Shown here in pieces: positions 19,836-29,517 of a stretch of DNA of 64,000 nt; the stretch's first letter is position 1; every line of letters begins with the position of its first letter. The translations under genes were made by a program, and so were the position numbers. The stretch is taken from assembly GCA_002478265.1 (NCBI GenBank), contig DLNC01000015.1:19885-83884 (forward strand), given 5' to 3'. This DNA is from Syntrophaceae bacterium UBA7520 (GTDB taxonomy: Bacteria > Desulfobacterota > Syntrophia > Syntrophales > Smithellaceae). The notes below the pieces were generated by a model. The model had not been told where the DNA came from. It searched no databases and saw nothing but the letters and a program-made list of their open reading frames with translations.

Positions 19836-19844
19836 CTGGAAATT

Positions 19845-19905
19845 CAAGGTCAGGTCTTGGGATATCACGTATCTTATATTTCAAGACCTGACCTTGTCTT
19901 TTGTT
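19845..19905 (+). terminator. rho-independent terminator after the VIT-vWA gene
   Basis: Perfect 15-bp inverted repeat caaggtcaggtcttg (19845-19859) / caagacctgaccttg (19882-19896), followed by a T-rich tract tcttttgtt. Confidence 0.65.
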
Positions 19906-19971
19906 GACCCTGTCTTTTGTGTAGATTTATTTTTATTAACAAAAAAATGAATATAACTAAATATTGTGATA

Positions 19972-20132
19972 AATATTTATGCTCATAAGCTGGGAAAAAG
20001 GGGAACAAAAGCGTTGCTGTGGATGCCTAATACAATAGATAAAAAAACGCAGGTGGGAGAAGATGAGGATATTGAGTATGTCCCGGCCTGCCCAAACAGC
20101 GACGTAAGCGTTTTTTAGATATTGGTAAAAAC
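19972..20132 (+). pseudogene. degenerate duplicate of the 5' end of the ECF sigma factor gene (remnant)
   Basis: 19998-20132 aligns without gaps to 20941-21075, about 106/135 identical by hand count. The homologous frame reads KRGTKALLWMPNTIDKK..EDEDIEYVPAC.. and stops at 20115-20117. Confidence 0.55.
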
Positions 20133-20156
20133 AGAGCTTATTAATTTGGAGCGATA

Positions 20157-20561
20157 TTATACCGTAAACAAAGCCTCGAAATTTCGGGGATTAATAATGT
20201 TAATTTCTTTATAGCGTTTTAATATCAGTAAATCTTCATCTCCGGTCACGATATAATGTGCTTCGGCAGCGACCGCGCAGGAAATAATGAAATCATCACT
20301 GGGATCACGGCAGATACTCTTTATCGGGTCGGGTTTATGAATTATTTCCGCGGCAGCTTCTTCCACAATGTTTGTGATTTCGGAAATATCCGAAGATGGT
20401 AGTTTGAATTTATTTTTAAGGACTTTTTTGAATTCCCGAATAATATCATCGCATAGGATAAGGTTAAAATAGCGCTTGCGCGCGCGGGTAAGAAGGCCGG
20501 AACAAACACCCTCCGTCAGAAAAGCCGCAATCAGAACATTTGTATCAAATACCGTCTTCAC
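20157..20561 (-). CDS. PIN-domain toxin (type II TA system)
   Basis: 134 aa with N-terminal VFDTNVLI acidic motif and a later TGDEDLL motif; 4-bp overlap with the upstream antitoxin. Confidence 0.85.
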   Translation of the reverse strand: MKTVFDTNVLIAAFLTEGVCSGLLTRARKRYFNLILCDDIIREFKKVLKNKFKLPSSDISEITNIVEEAAAEIIHKPDPIKSICRDPSDDFIISCAVAAEAHYIVTGDEDLLILKRYKEINIINPRNFEALFTV

Positions 20562-20776
20562 GATATTTCCTTGAAAACATCTTCATCGGTAACGAAACCC
20601 GCTGCTTTTGCCTTGCGGCTCAGCCTTTTTTTCATGCGGCGAAATCTGTTTTCCCACAAAAATTCTGCGAGCGACTCTTTTACGATATCGCTTTTGTTTC
20701 TTCCTGTTTCGCTGGCCAGGACTTCCAGTTCACTGGCAAGTTTTTTGGGTAAACTTACAGACAAAACACTTCTCAT
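20558..20776 (-). CDS. ribbon-helix-helix (CopG-like) antitoxin
   Basis: 72 aa; N-terminal beta-strand/helix pattern LSVSLPKKLASELEVLASETGRNKSDIVKESL; SD ggaggtg before the ATG; overlaps the PIN gene. Confidence 0.75.
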   Translation of the reverse strand: MRSVLSVSLPKKLASELEVLASETGRNKSDIVKESLAEFLWENRFRRMKKRLSRKAKAAGFVTDEDVFKEIS

Positions 20777-20788
20777 GTTGCACCTCCG

Positions 20789-20845
20789 ACACTACAATAC
20801 ACTACATGTATTAAAAATACAAGTGTGATTCCAGCAATAATATCG
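20789..20845 (-). promoter_or_regulatory. putative TA promoter with direct-repeat operator
   Basis: Minus strand reads TTGTAT-N17-TATTGT. The octamer TGTAGTGT occurs twice 10 bp apart (plus-strand acactaca at 20789-20796 and 20799-20806) and overlaps the -10. Confidence 0.3.
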
Positions 20846-20908
20846 GATAATGACTTGATTTAACCCATATAATATCAAGGCGTTAGATATGGCGAATATT
20901 TATATGGT

Positions 20909-21586
20909 ATGTTAAAAGAAATTTGGCGTACAGAAACATTAAGGGGAACAAAAGCGTTGCTGTGGATATCTAATACAATAGATAAAGTCAGGCAGAGGGT
21001 TGAGGATGAGGATATCGAGTATGTCCGGGCCTGTCAGAAGGGCGATACCAGCGCTTTTGAAGTATTGGTGGAAAGGCATCAGAAAAAAATGATCAATATT
21101 TCCTACCGGATGCTGGGCGATTATGATGATGCCTGCGATGTCACACAGGAGGCGTTTATTGCGGCATATAAAGCAATAAAGAAATTTAAGGGAGAGGCAA
21201 AATTTTCCACCTGGCTCTACAGAATAGTTATTAACTATGCCAAAAATCGCCTGCAGCAATTGCAAATTGCGGCAAAGCGAGAAGGTGTTTGCCTTGACGA
21301 TGTGGAAGAGATAAAAACAAAAGAGGCGTGGAGTCAGCCCGCGTCAGCAGGCGCTAATCCCGGCGTGCGGTTGGAAAAAAAGGAAAGGGAAGAACAGGTG
21401 CAAAAATGCATGTCATCCCTTGATGAAGAATTTAAAGAAGTGTTGGTTTTGCGCGATATAGAGGGATTGTCCTACGGGGAGATAAAGGATATTTTGAAAA
21501 TTCCGGAAGGGACGGTTAAATCCCGTCTGGCCCGCGCGCGTGGCACGCTTAAGGAGTGCCTGATAAAAGTTATGGGTGAATTATGA
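20909..21586 (+). CDS. ECF (group IV) RNA polymerase sigma-70 factor
   Basis: Region 2 (FEVLVERHQKKMINISYRMLGDYDDACDVTQEAFIAAY, STWLYRIVINYAKN) and region 4.2 HTH (LSYGEIKDILKIPEGTVKSRLARAR). The N-terminal ~35 aa extension makes the start uncertain. Confidence 0.9.
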   Translation: MLKEIWRTETLRGTKALLWISNTIDKVRQRVEDEDIEYVRACQKGDTSAFEVLVERHQKKMINISYRMLGDYDDACDVTQEAFIAAYKAIKKFKGEAKFSTWLYRIVINYAKNRLQQLQIAAKREGVCLDDVEEIKTKEAWSQPASAGANPGVRLEKKEREEQVQKCMSSLDEEFKEVLVLRDIEGLSYGEIKDILKIPEGTVKSRLARARGTLKECLIKVMGEL

Positions 21587-22539
21587 TGAAAAATTGCAAA
21601 GATATGGAAAATAAAATTTCTTTGTATCTGGATAATGTGCTTTCTGCTGCGGATAAGCAGGCAGTGGAAAAGCACCTGAAGTCCTGCCCGCAGTGCGTCA
21701 AGGCGCTGGCCGACATGCAAAAAGTAAAAGCCATGACTGGAAAGTTATCGGAAGTGGAGCCGCCGCCCTGGTTCAAGCAAAAAGTCATGGCGCGTGTGCG
21801 CGCCGAAGCCGAAAAGAAAAACTTTGCTGAAAAATGGTTTTATCCTTTGCGCGTAAAAGTCCCCGTTCAGGTATTTGCCACGATATTCATTGTGGTTGCT
21901 GCCGTTTATATTTACCGCGCGGGAAACGAGCAGTTTAAAGAAGTTATGCCGTCTGCAGCCACCGCGCCGATGATGGAAGAACAATTACCGTTGAAAAAAG
22001 ATTTGCCCGGAAAAGAAAAGGAACTCGCTGCAGTCAAAGGACGTGAAGCGGATGCCGCATGTGTCGGGAAATCATGCAAGGTGGACGGGAAGGTTTTGTA
22101 TGACAGAGCGGAAGAAAAACTATTGCCATCCGCCAGTGGAAAAGCAGATATAGCCGCATCTCCCGCCCCGATACAGGCAGCGGATAAAGACGCGGCCGCA
22201 GAAGTATTCAAGACAAAAAGCCCTACATTTCGGACTTCAATGGAAAAGTCTGGAAGCTCAGTCGGGTTAACACAGGAAAATAGTTTAATTATTATAAGGA
22301 CTTCTGAAGTTCAACATGCCGTGGCGCAGGTGGAAAAAATCCTTGCGGAATATAGCGCAGCAAAGATCAGCAAACAATCGACTGAAGCCAAGATAATCTT
22401 TAAAGCGGAAATAAGCAAAGAGAAGTTAAAAGATTTAATCGAAAAATTAAAAACAACCGGTGCTATTGAAGATAAAGTTGCGGCTGACATTGACGCCGCC
22501 CAGCAGGTGCCGGTGGTTATTGAAATAAGGGAAAATTAA
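21583..22539 (+). CDS. anti-sigma factor, zf-HC2 type, single-pass membrane protein
   Basis: HLKSCPQCV (H-x3-C-x2-C) zinc motif, one TM helix (VQVFATIFIVVAAVYIY), 4-bp overlap with the sigma gene. The ~200-aa extracytoplasmic part is unrecognised. Confidence 0.75.
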   Translation: MMKNCKDMENKISLYLDNVLSAADKQAVEKHLKSCPQCVKALADMQKVKAMTGKLSEVEPPPWFKQKVMARVRAEAEKKNFAEKWFYPLRVKVPVQVFATIFIVVAAVYIYRAGNEQFKEVMPSAATAPMMEEQLPLKKDLPGKEKELAAVKGREADAACVGKSCKVDGKVLYDRAEEKLLPSASGKADIAASPAPIQAADKDAAAEVFKTKSPTFRTSMEKSGSSVGLTQENSLIIIRTSEVQHAVAQVEKILAEYSAAKISKQSTEAKIIFKAEISKEKLKDLIEKLKTTGAIEDKVAADIDAAQQVPVVIEIREN

Positions 22540-22628
22540 CCAGGCCGAGATTTTTTTGCTGTCGCTAACTTCATTGGCTTTCTGGGTTGCCGCGCAAATT
22601 AAAACCCATATAAGAAAAAATAACTTAC

Positions 22629-22985
22629 TTAGTTTTTTGCCAACGAGTAAATGGACTTCAGCGCCACGATAATGGTGGCCGGCCCAACAAAAGCCAGCAG
22701 GGCCGCGTAAATTCTGCTCATAGTCTCTCCGACAACGGGAAGATCAGCAAACTGATCCGCGCCCAGAGCAGAGATTATTACCAGAGAGACAGCGGCGATC
22801 AGGAATGCCTGCACTTCTTTGTTGGTGACATTCAGGAAACCGACGATTAATCCCAAAACGGTCAGGATCGGGAAGAGATATTCCCAGCGAATAAAACCGG
22901 CAAGAATACTAACAACCACGCCAATGATGAAGCAAACAGTTCCTACGAGAGCCAAATTGTTTTTGTTGCCCTTAACTTTTTTCAT
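22629..22985 (-). CDS. hypothetical membrane protein (4 predicted TM)
   Basis: 118 aa, hydrophobic throughout; SD aaaggaggggctacaag before the ATG; no motif recognised. Confidence 0.55.
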   Translation of the reverse strand: MKKVKGNKNNLALVGTVCFIIGVVVSILAGFIRWEYLFPILTVLGLIVGFLNVTNKEVQAFLIAAVSLVIISALGADQFADLPVVGETMSRIYAALLAFVGPATIIVALKSIYSLAKN

Positions 22986-23246
22986 CTTGTAGCCCCTCCT
23001 TTTATTAAAGTAGATGCTGCGTGCGGTGCTTGCGCGGCAACCCGCTTAGCCGTATTTTGATTTTTGTTGCTGTACGGTATTCATAACACTATTTTAAATT
23101 TTGTCCAAGTATTTTGAAAAATGGGCAAATTATTCTTTGCCGGCGTAGTTGATGACAAAAGCCAGTAAATAAATAAATTTTATTGCCGTGGATGACGCGC
23201 CCCTGGATCCGCTGCGCTTATCGAGATTGCCTTAGTGCAAATAAAT

Positions 23247-23837
23247 TTATTTAGTGAGAGCGGGAAGGGCGCGATACAGAGCTTTCATTATTGCCTGCGC
23301 AAACACTTCATGACCTTTTTCGTTGGGGTAACGGGGATCGGATAAGACCAGATCGGCGCTTTCAAGCCCATTTTTCGCCAGATATCCCGCCCAGTAACGA
23401 TCCAAGGAAATAAATTTGCAGTTTAAATCCACGGCGACCAGGCGCACGGAGCGGTAAAAAATATCAACCGCGGCCATATCGTGAGTATTGTCGAACGTGT
23501 GAGCTGTGGCCAGAAAAATCAGGGGATGAAAAAGTGTCCTTGCCCGTCTTATTATCTGCACGATATTTTCCTGAAATTCGGAGCGGTAAACATAGCCGAA
23601 GGCGTCATCAACGCCAAAATGAAGAAGAAGAATATCTGGGGCAAAGGCGGCAATATCTTCGTTGAAAGTTTCTATGCCTTCAAAGGAAGTCTCACGGTAA
23701 CGAGAGCGGTTGATTACCTGAATTTCATGCGTGGTAAGTGTATCTTTGAGTATATCCGCGTAGCCTCTGGCTACGCCGTAACCGGCGGCAATGCTGCCGC
23801 CGCGGATAAGCAGTTTCATATTTGAGCGGCGTTTCAT
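23247..23837 (-). CDS. SGNH/GDSL-like hydrolase
   Basis: Block I-like IRGGSIAAG, block III-like LLHFGVDDA, C-terminal GHEVFAQAI. ATGA overlap with the livF stop; alternative start at 23819. Confidence 0.7.
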   Translation of the reverse strand: MKRRSNMKLLIRGGSIAAGYGVARGYADILKDTLTTHEIQVINRSRYRETSFEGIETFNEDIAAFAPDILLLHFGVDDAFGYVYRSEFQENIVQIIRRARTLFHPLIFLATAHTFDNTHDMAAVDIFYRSVRLVAVDLNCKFISLDRYWAGYLAKNGLESADLVLSDPRYPNEKGHEVFAQAIMKALYRALPALTK

Positions 23838-24553
23838 CCTCCCAGGTAGGCCTCTTTAACCCTTGGATTTCCCATCAATTCTTGGCCGGTGCCGGAAAGC
23901 ACAATCCTGCCTGTCTCGAGCACATAGCCGCGCTGCGCGATATGCAAAGACATATTGGCGTTTTGTTCGACCAGCAGAATGGTTTTTCCCGCCTTGTTGA
24001 TTTCCGCGATGATGCGGAAAATTTCTCGCACCAGCACCGGAGATAAGCCCATGGAAGGTTCATCCAGCAAAAGCGTGTCGGCATCGCTCATTAAAGCTCT
24101 GCCCACCGCGAGCATCTGTTGCTCGCCGCCGGAGAGCATGCCGCCCAGCTGGTGTTTTCTTTCCGCCAGGCGCGGAAAGAGGGTGAAGACACGGTCAAAA
24201 TCGCGCGCGATATTTTCTTTATCCTGCCTATGCCAGGTGGCCAGTTTCAGGTTTTCCATCACCGTCAGGTTGCCAAAAATGCCGCGTCCTTCGGGAACCT
24301 GCGCGATGCCCAGCGCGACGATAAAATCAGCGGCGGTCTGTTTTAAATCCTTGCCTTTATAGGAAATCGAACCGCTGTAGGGGATTATACCAGATATGGA
24401 ACGCAAAATGGAAGATTTACCCGCGCCGTTGGCGCCGATGAGCGCGACAATTTCACCGGCAGCGACATCAAAGGAGACGCCGTGCACCGCGTTGATATTG
24501 CCGTAGGCGACGTTCAGGTTGCTGACGGAAAGCAGCTTTTCTTTCGCGCTCAT
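23834..24553 (-). CDS. livF: branched-chain amino acid ABC transporter ATP-binding protein LivF
   Basis: Walker A GANGAGKSS, signature LSGGEQQML, Walker B LLLDEP; last ATPase of the liv-type operon. Confidence 0.9.
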   Translation of the reverse strand: MSAKEKLLSVSNLNVAYGNINAVHGVSFDVAAGEIVALIGANGAGKSSILRSISGIIPYSGSISYKGKDLKQTAADFIVALGIAQVPEGRGIFGNLTVMENLKLATWHRQDKENIARDFDRVFTLFPRLAERKHQLGGMLSGGEQQMLAVGRALMSDADTLLLDEPSMGLSPVLVREIFRIIAEINKAGKTILLVEQNANMSLHIAQRGYVLETGRIVLSGTGQELMGNPRVKEAYLGG

Positions 24554-25320
24554 TTTGCCGCCTCCTCGCCCAGATACGCTTCCAGAACTTTGGGATTGCT
24601 TTTGATTTCGGCAGGCAAGCCCTGCGCGATGGTCGCGCCGAAATCAAGAACCACCAGTCTCTCGCAGATGCCCATCACCAACCGCATTTGATGTTCTATA
24701 AGAATGATCGTCAACCTGAATGTTTTTCTGATCCAGCCGATGAAATCCATAAGCTGTTTTATCTCGTTGGGATTCATTCCCGCGGCCGGCTCATCCAGCA
24801 AAAGCAGTTGGGGATTGGTGGCCAGCGCGCGCGCTATTTCCAATTTGCGCTGCAGACCGTAGGGGAGATTTTTGGCCAGTTCGGATGCAGCATTATCCAG
24901 TTGAAATACGGATAATAGCTCCAGCGCGCGCTCGGTTATTTTTGTTTCTTCCCGGCGGTAGCGTCCCATGTGTAAAAGAGCCTCCAGGGGACTGTAAGTG
25001 GCTTCTCCGAAATAGGCGGTGCGCACGTTGTCCAGCACCGTCAGTTCCTTGAAAAGACGGATATTCTGAAAAGTGCGGGCGACGCCCATTTTGGTAATCT
25101 GGTGCGGCGTTTTGCCGACAAGTTCATCTCCGTTGAAGAAGATGCTGCCTTCGGTGGCGCGATAAACGCCGGTAATCAGATTGAAAACGGTTGTTTTTCC
25201 CGCGCCGTTGGGGCCGATAATGCCCACGAGCTCGCCTTGTGTCAGTTGAAAATTAAAATTCGCCACAGCGCACAGGCCTTCAAAGCGATGAGTGATATTT
25301 TTCATTTCAAGCAGAGGCAT
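24550..25320 (-). CDS. livG: branched-chain amino acid ABC transporter ATP-binding protein LivG
   Basis: Walker A GPNGAGKTT, LPYGLQRKLEIARAL signature variant typical of LivG, LLLDEPAAG. Confidence 0.9.
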   Translation of the reverse strand: MPLLEMKNITHRFEGLCAVANFNFQLTQGELVGIIGPNGAGKTTVFNLITGVYRATEGSIFFNGDELVGKTPHQITKMGVARTFQNIRLFKELTVLDNVRTAYFGEATYSPLEALLHMGRYRREETKITERALELLSVFQLDNAASELAKNLPYGLQRKLEIARALATNPQLLLLDEPAAGMNPNEIKQLMDFIGWIRKTFRLTIILIEHQMRLVMGICERLVVLDFGATIAQGLPAEIKSNPKVLEAYLGEEAAK

Positions 25321-26341
25321 CGGGTGCCTCCTTATTTTTCTGTTTCCACAGCTTCGCGGCCAACAGATCGCGCAGCGGAACGAAAAAGCGCGCTTCGCGC
25401 ATGCCCATGATGCCGCGGGGGCGGTAGATCATCAGCAGGACAAGCATTAAAGGCATGAGCACCATGCGCCAAATTCCCAATGGCCGCAGTATTTCCAGCA
25501 GAATCGTATAGATAACCGCGCCGATGATGGAGCCGGCGATGGAAGCGATGCCTCCCAGATAGACCATAATCAGGATATCCGTGGATTTAATGATATCGAA
25601 CATGCGCGGGTTGATAAATTGCAGCGCGTGGGCGAAAAGCCCGCCCGCCACACCCGCGAAAAACGATGAAACGACAAAAGCGATAATTTTTACCTGTCTG
25701 GTGTTCACGCTCATTAGATCGCTGGCGATTTCATCTTCACGTATGGACAAAACGCCGCGGCCGAATTTGGAATAAACCAGATTGCGGATGATCCAGACGG
25801 ATAAAACCGTCCAGAAGAAAACCCAGGGCAATGTGGTCAGTTTGGACATGCCCAAAAAACCGCGCGGCCCGCCGATGACCTCGATATTTTCCAGGCCGGA
25901 TTTGACAATCATGCCGAAAGCAAGCGTGACAATCGCCAGATAATCGCCGCGCGTTTTAAAAGATGGGATGGCGACAATCAGCCCGATTACCGACGCTGCC
26001 ACGCCACCGGCTATGATCGCTAGCGGAAATAAATAATTCAGCGCGCCCGCAGGAAAAACATTCACGGTTAAAAGAGAAGCAGTATAAGCGCCAATCGCCA
26101 TAAAACCGGCATGGCCGATGGAAAACTCGCCCATATAACCGTTGACCAGGTTAAGACTAACGGTGAGAATGATATTAATGCCCACGTAAATCAATATCAG
26201 TTGCAAGTATAAGTCGAGAATGTCAAATGCGGAAGCGACGATGGAAAAGGCAAGCCCCGCGGCAAAAAATACCGGCCAGAAAAACCTGTGCGTGCTGATG
26301 TTTTGCCAGCGTTCAAGAATATTTTTGTAAAAATCAGCCAT
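25307..26341 (-). CDS. livM: branched-chain amino acid ABC transporter permease LivM
   Basis: Polytopic permease with GYMGEFSIGHAGFMAIGAY motif; operon position. Confidence 0.88.
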   Translation of the reverse strand: MADFYKNILERWQNISTHRFFWPVFFAAGLAFSIVASAFDILDLYLQLILIYVGINIILTVSLNLVNGYMGEFSIGHAGFMAIGAYTASLLTVNVFPAGALNYLFPLAIIAGGVAASVIGLIVAIPSFKTRGDYLAIVTLAFGMIVKSGLENIEVIGGPRGFLGMSKLTTLPWVFFWTVLSVWIIRNLVYSKFGRGVLSIREDEIASDLMSVNTRQVKIIAFVVSSFFAGVAGGLFAHALQFINPRMFDIIKSTDILIMVYLGGIASIAGSIIGAVIYTILLEILRPLGIWRMVLMPLMLVLLMIYRPRGIMGMREARFFVPLRDLLAAKLWKQKNKEAPDASA

Positions 26342-26343
26342 CT

Positions 26344-27219
26344 TTACACCTTCTGCGGACTGGGTCTGCCCAAAATGCCGTAGGGGCGGAAAATAAGCAG
26401 AATTAGAAGCAGCGTAAAGGCGACAAAATCACGGTAAGTGGAAGGGAAAAACGCCGCGACCAGAATTTCCACCGTGCCCAGGATAAAACCGCCGATCATC
26501 GCGCCGCGCACGTTGCCGATGCCGCCGACCACCGCCGAGATGAAAGCTTTCCAGCCGACCATGATGCCCATGTAGGGATCGATGACTGGATAGGCCAGGC
26601 CGTACATCATTCCCGCCGCGCCGCCCAGGCCCGTCCCGATGGCGAAAGTCAGGGAGATGATTTTATTTACTGGCACGCCCATCAGCGGGACAATTGTTTT
26701 ATCCCAGGAAATGGCGCGCATGGCCATGCCCGCTTTTGTCCGCTGGACGATGAAGTCGAGAATCAGCATCAGTGAGACAGACAAGGCGATGATGATAATC
26801 TGCAGTGAAGAAATGGTGACGCTGCCGATCATCCAGGTTTTATCGGCCAAAAGCGGCGGAATGTTTTTGGGATAGGGACTGAGCGCCAACGTAAAATTTT
26901 CCAGAAAAAGGCCGACACCCAGCGCCGTGATGATGGCGGAAACACGGGGCGCGGCCCGCAGCGGCTTATAGGCCATGCGTTCGATCAAAACGCCCAGGCA
27001 GGCCACGCCGAACATCGTCAGCATCAATGTTGGCAAAAAAGGCAGTTGCAGATAAACGGCGATAAGAAAACAGAAAAAAGCGCCGACCATGAATAAATCG
27101 CCGTGGGCGAAGTTAATCATGGTCAGAATGCCGTAGACCATCGTGTAGCCCAGCGCAATCAGCGCGTAGATGCTGCCCAGTTGCAGGGCGTTGAGAATCT
27201 GTTGGAGGATATATGTCAT
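26344..27219 (-). CDS. livH: branched-chain amino acid ABC transporter permease LivH
   Basis: LQQILNALQLGSIYALIALGYTMVYG N-terminus typical of LivH. Confidence 0.88.
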   Translation of the reverse strand: MTYILQQILNALQLGSIYALIALGYTMVYGILTMINFAHGDLFMVGAFFCFLIAVYLQLPFLPTLMLTMFGVACLGVLIERMAYKPLRAAPRVSAIITALGVGLFLENFTLALSPYPKNIPPLLADKTWMIGSVTISSLQIIIIALSVSLMLILDFIVQRTKAGMAMRAISWDKTIVPLMGVPVNKIISLTFAIGTGLGGAAGMMYGLAYPVIDPYMGIMVGWKAFISAVVGGIGNVRGAMIGGFILGTVEILVAAFFPSTYRDFVAFTLLLILLIFRPYGILGRPSPQKV

Positions 27220-27382
27220 ACTATATTAGGAAGGAAACCCAAAGTGAGTCAAATTATTTTGTTATTCCAGACATGACCCGGCATCAGAAAGCACCAGTAT
27301 AATTTACCGGCTGACGATTTATCAAGGCATGCCCCGGAATATCCCGCCGGAATGATAATGATCTCGCTTTCTATCGGGCAAT

Positions 27383-28549
27383 TTACGGTTTGGCGTTGGC
27401 AAACCAGGTAAATTTTCCGTCTTTTATTTTCAGGATAACAGCGCTTTTAATCGGATCTCCCGAGCCTTCCTGAAACTGCATGGTACCGGTTACGCCTTCA
27501 TATTTAGGGATTTTGGCCAGTGCGTCGCGCAGGGCCTGGCGATCCTTGACGCCGGCGGTGTTGAGCGCCTGCCAGAGCAAACCAAATGAATCGTAGGTAA
27601 GGGCCGCAACGTCATCAGGCGTCGCGCCGAAAGCCTTGGTGTAATTCTGAATAAACCTTTTGGTGACTTCGGTGGAGGCATCCACGGCGTAGTGGGTGCT
27701 GAAATAGAATCCATCGCAGTCCTTGCCGCAGAGTTTCAGGAGTTCTTCGCTTCCCCAGGAATCGCTCCCCAGAAAAGGCACATTGATGCCCAGGCGCTTG
27801 GCCTGCTGTATCTGCAGCGGCACTTCGCTGTAGTAGTTGGGCAGAAAGATAAACTGCGGCGTGGCTTTCTTGATTTTGGTCAATTGCGAGGAAAAATCCT
27901 TGTCGTTGGTCGTGTAGGTTTCAAAGGCCACGACTTTGCCGCCGTTTTTCTCGAATACTTCCTTGAATATTTCGGCGATGCCTTTATTATATTCAGAGGC
28001 CACATCATACAAAACCGCGGCTCTGTTGAGTTTGAGATTGTTCAGCGCGAACTTCGCCAGCACCTGTCCCTGGAAAGGATCGATAAAACAGGAACGGAAA
28101 ACGTAGCTTTTGGGCGCGCCGGTTTTGGAATCCAGCGTTGTTTTGGGCGCAGTTGACCAGGGAGTGATTAAAACCACTTTATTGGTTTCGGCTATTTCGG
28201 ACGCGGGTATCGCGTAACGGCTGGCGTTAGGGCCGACAATGGCCACAACTTTTTTCTGAGTAATGAGCTTTTGCGCGGCGGACACCGATTGATCGGCTTT
28301 CCCCGCGTTATCTTCCACGATTAGCTCCACGGCGTATTTGTTCTCGCCAAACTGAAAACCTCCGGCCGCGTTAATTTCCTTGACGGCCATCTCCGCGGCG
28401 TTTTTGCAGGAAGCGCCGACGGCGGGCATGTCGCCAGTCAGCTCGGCAATCAGGCCGATTCTGATCTTTGTGGCGTCATCCGAGCCGCAGCCGGATAAAA
28501 GGAAAAACATTATCGATAAAAGCGAAAATAAGGCGGTCGGTTTCTTCAT
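27383..28549 (-). CDS. livK: ABC transporter substrate-binding lipoprotein (Leu/Ile/Val-binding, type 1 PBP)
   Basis: The internal Met at 28549 has an AAGGAG SD and gives MKKPTALFSLLSIMFFLLSGC (lipobox LSGC). Body shows the PBP1 pattern IGLIAELTGD...GPNASR. The ORF track start at 28603 is probably too long. Confidence 0.85.
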   Translation of the reverse strand: MKKPTALFSLLSIMFFLLSGCGSDDATKIRIGLIAELTGDMPAVGASCKNAAEMAVKEINAAGGFQFGENKYAVELIVEDNAGKADQSVSAAQKLITQKKVVAIVGPNASRYAIPASEIAETNKVVLITPWSTAPKTTLDSKTGAPKSYVFRSCFIDPFQGQVLAKFALNNLKLNRAAVLYDVASEYNKGIAEIFKEVFEKNGGKVVAFETYTTNDKDFSSQLTKIKKATPQFIFLPNYYSEVPLQIQQAKRLGINVPFLGSDSWGSEELLKLCGKDCDGFYFSTHYAVDASTEVTKRFIQNYTKAFGATPDDVAALTYDSFGLLWQALNTAGVKDRQALRDALAKIPKYEGVTGTMQFQEGSGDPIKSAVILKIKDGKFTWFANAKP

Positions 28550-28738
28550 GGGATTTCTCCTTATATGTCTGATAAAGTGCCGATATTTATAAGTGAAGGC
28601 CACAGCCGTGTCAATGAAAATAATCTAACATAAAAGGCCGCAGCCAACGAAAAATATTTACGGATTGGGGCAAAATTTCTTGAGAAATAAGGGTGGTCAT
28701 GCTAATAAACATGCACTTTTTAAGTTAGGGTATTTGCC

Positions 28739-29506
28739 TTGAGGATCGCTTCCTATAACGTCAATTCCATACGCTCACGGCTTCATATCGTCATTCCGTG
28801 GCTTGATAAAAACAAGCCGGATTTTTTCTGCATGCAGGAGACCAAGGTTGAAGACGCAAAATTTCCCGTCGCAGAATTTGAGGAATCCGGATATCACATA
28901 TACTTTAAGGGCAATAAACAGTATAACGGCGTGGCGATAGCCGCCAGAGAAAAACCTCAAAAAATTAACTTCGGCCTGCCGGGAAAGCCGCCTGACGAGG
29001 ACCGGCTTGCCGTTGGTTTTTTTGATGACCTTGTCGTGATTAATGCTTATGTTCCTCAAGGACAGGATGTGGACAAGCCACAGTTTGCCTATAAGCTGGA
29101 GTGGCTCAAACGGCTCAAAAAACACCTCCAAAAGAACTTTGATCACCAACAAAAACTGGTTCTTTGCGGTGATTTCAATGTGGCTCCCCATCCGCTTGAC
29201 GTGCATGATCCCAAAAGAATTCTGGGTCACGTGTCTTTTAACCCCCAGGTCTGGAAAGTGTATGAAGAACTCCTGGCATGGGGTTTGATTGACGTCTTCC
29301 GCCTGCACCATCCGGATGAACCCGGTCAATACACTTTTTTTGATTATCGCGTGCGTGATTCCGTCGGCCGCAATATGGGATGGCGCGTGGACCATATTCT
29401 GGCGACTCAACCGTTGGCGCAGAAATCAAAAAGCTGCGTGATTGATTTGCCAACCAGAACTGCCGATAAAGCGTCAGACCATGCGGTTATTTATGCGCAG
29501 TGGTGA
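28739..29506 (+). CDS. xth: exodeoxyribonuclease III
   Basis: SYNVNSIRSRL, CMQETK, GDFNVAP, SDHAVIYAQW motifs of the ExoIII/EEP family; TTG start. Confidence 0.9.
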   Translation: MRIASYNVNSIRSRLHIVIPWLDKNKPDFFCMQETKVEDAKFPVAEFEESGYHIYFKGNKQYNGVAIAAREKPQKINFGLPGKPPDEDRLAVGFFDDLVVINAYVPQGQDVDKPQFAYKLEWLKRLKKHLQKNFDHQQKLVLCGDFNVAPHPLDVHDPKRILGHVSFNPQVWKVYEELLAWGLIDVFRLHHPDEPGQYTFFDYRVRDSVGRNMGWRVDHILATQPLAQKSKSCVIDLPTRTADKASDHAVIYAQW

Positions 29507-29517
29507 GGAAAATAAAA

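Noticed and set aside
27220-27382. 163-bp gap between livK and livH as a possible regulatory RNA
   Set aside because: Only weak, short complementarity is visible. An intercistronic gap after the binding-protein gene is common in liv-type operons.
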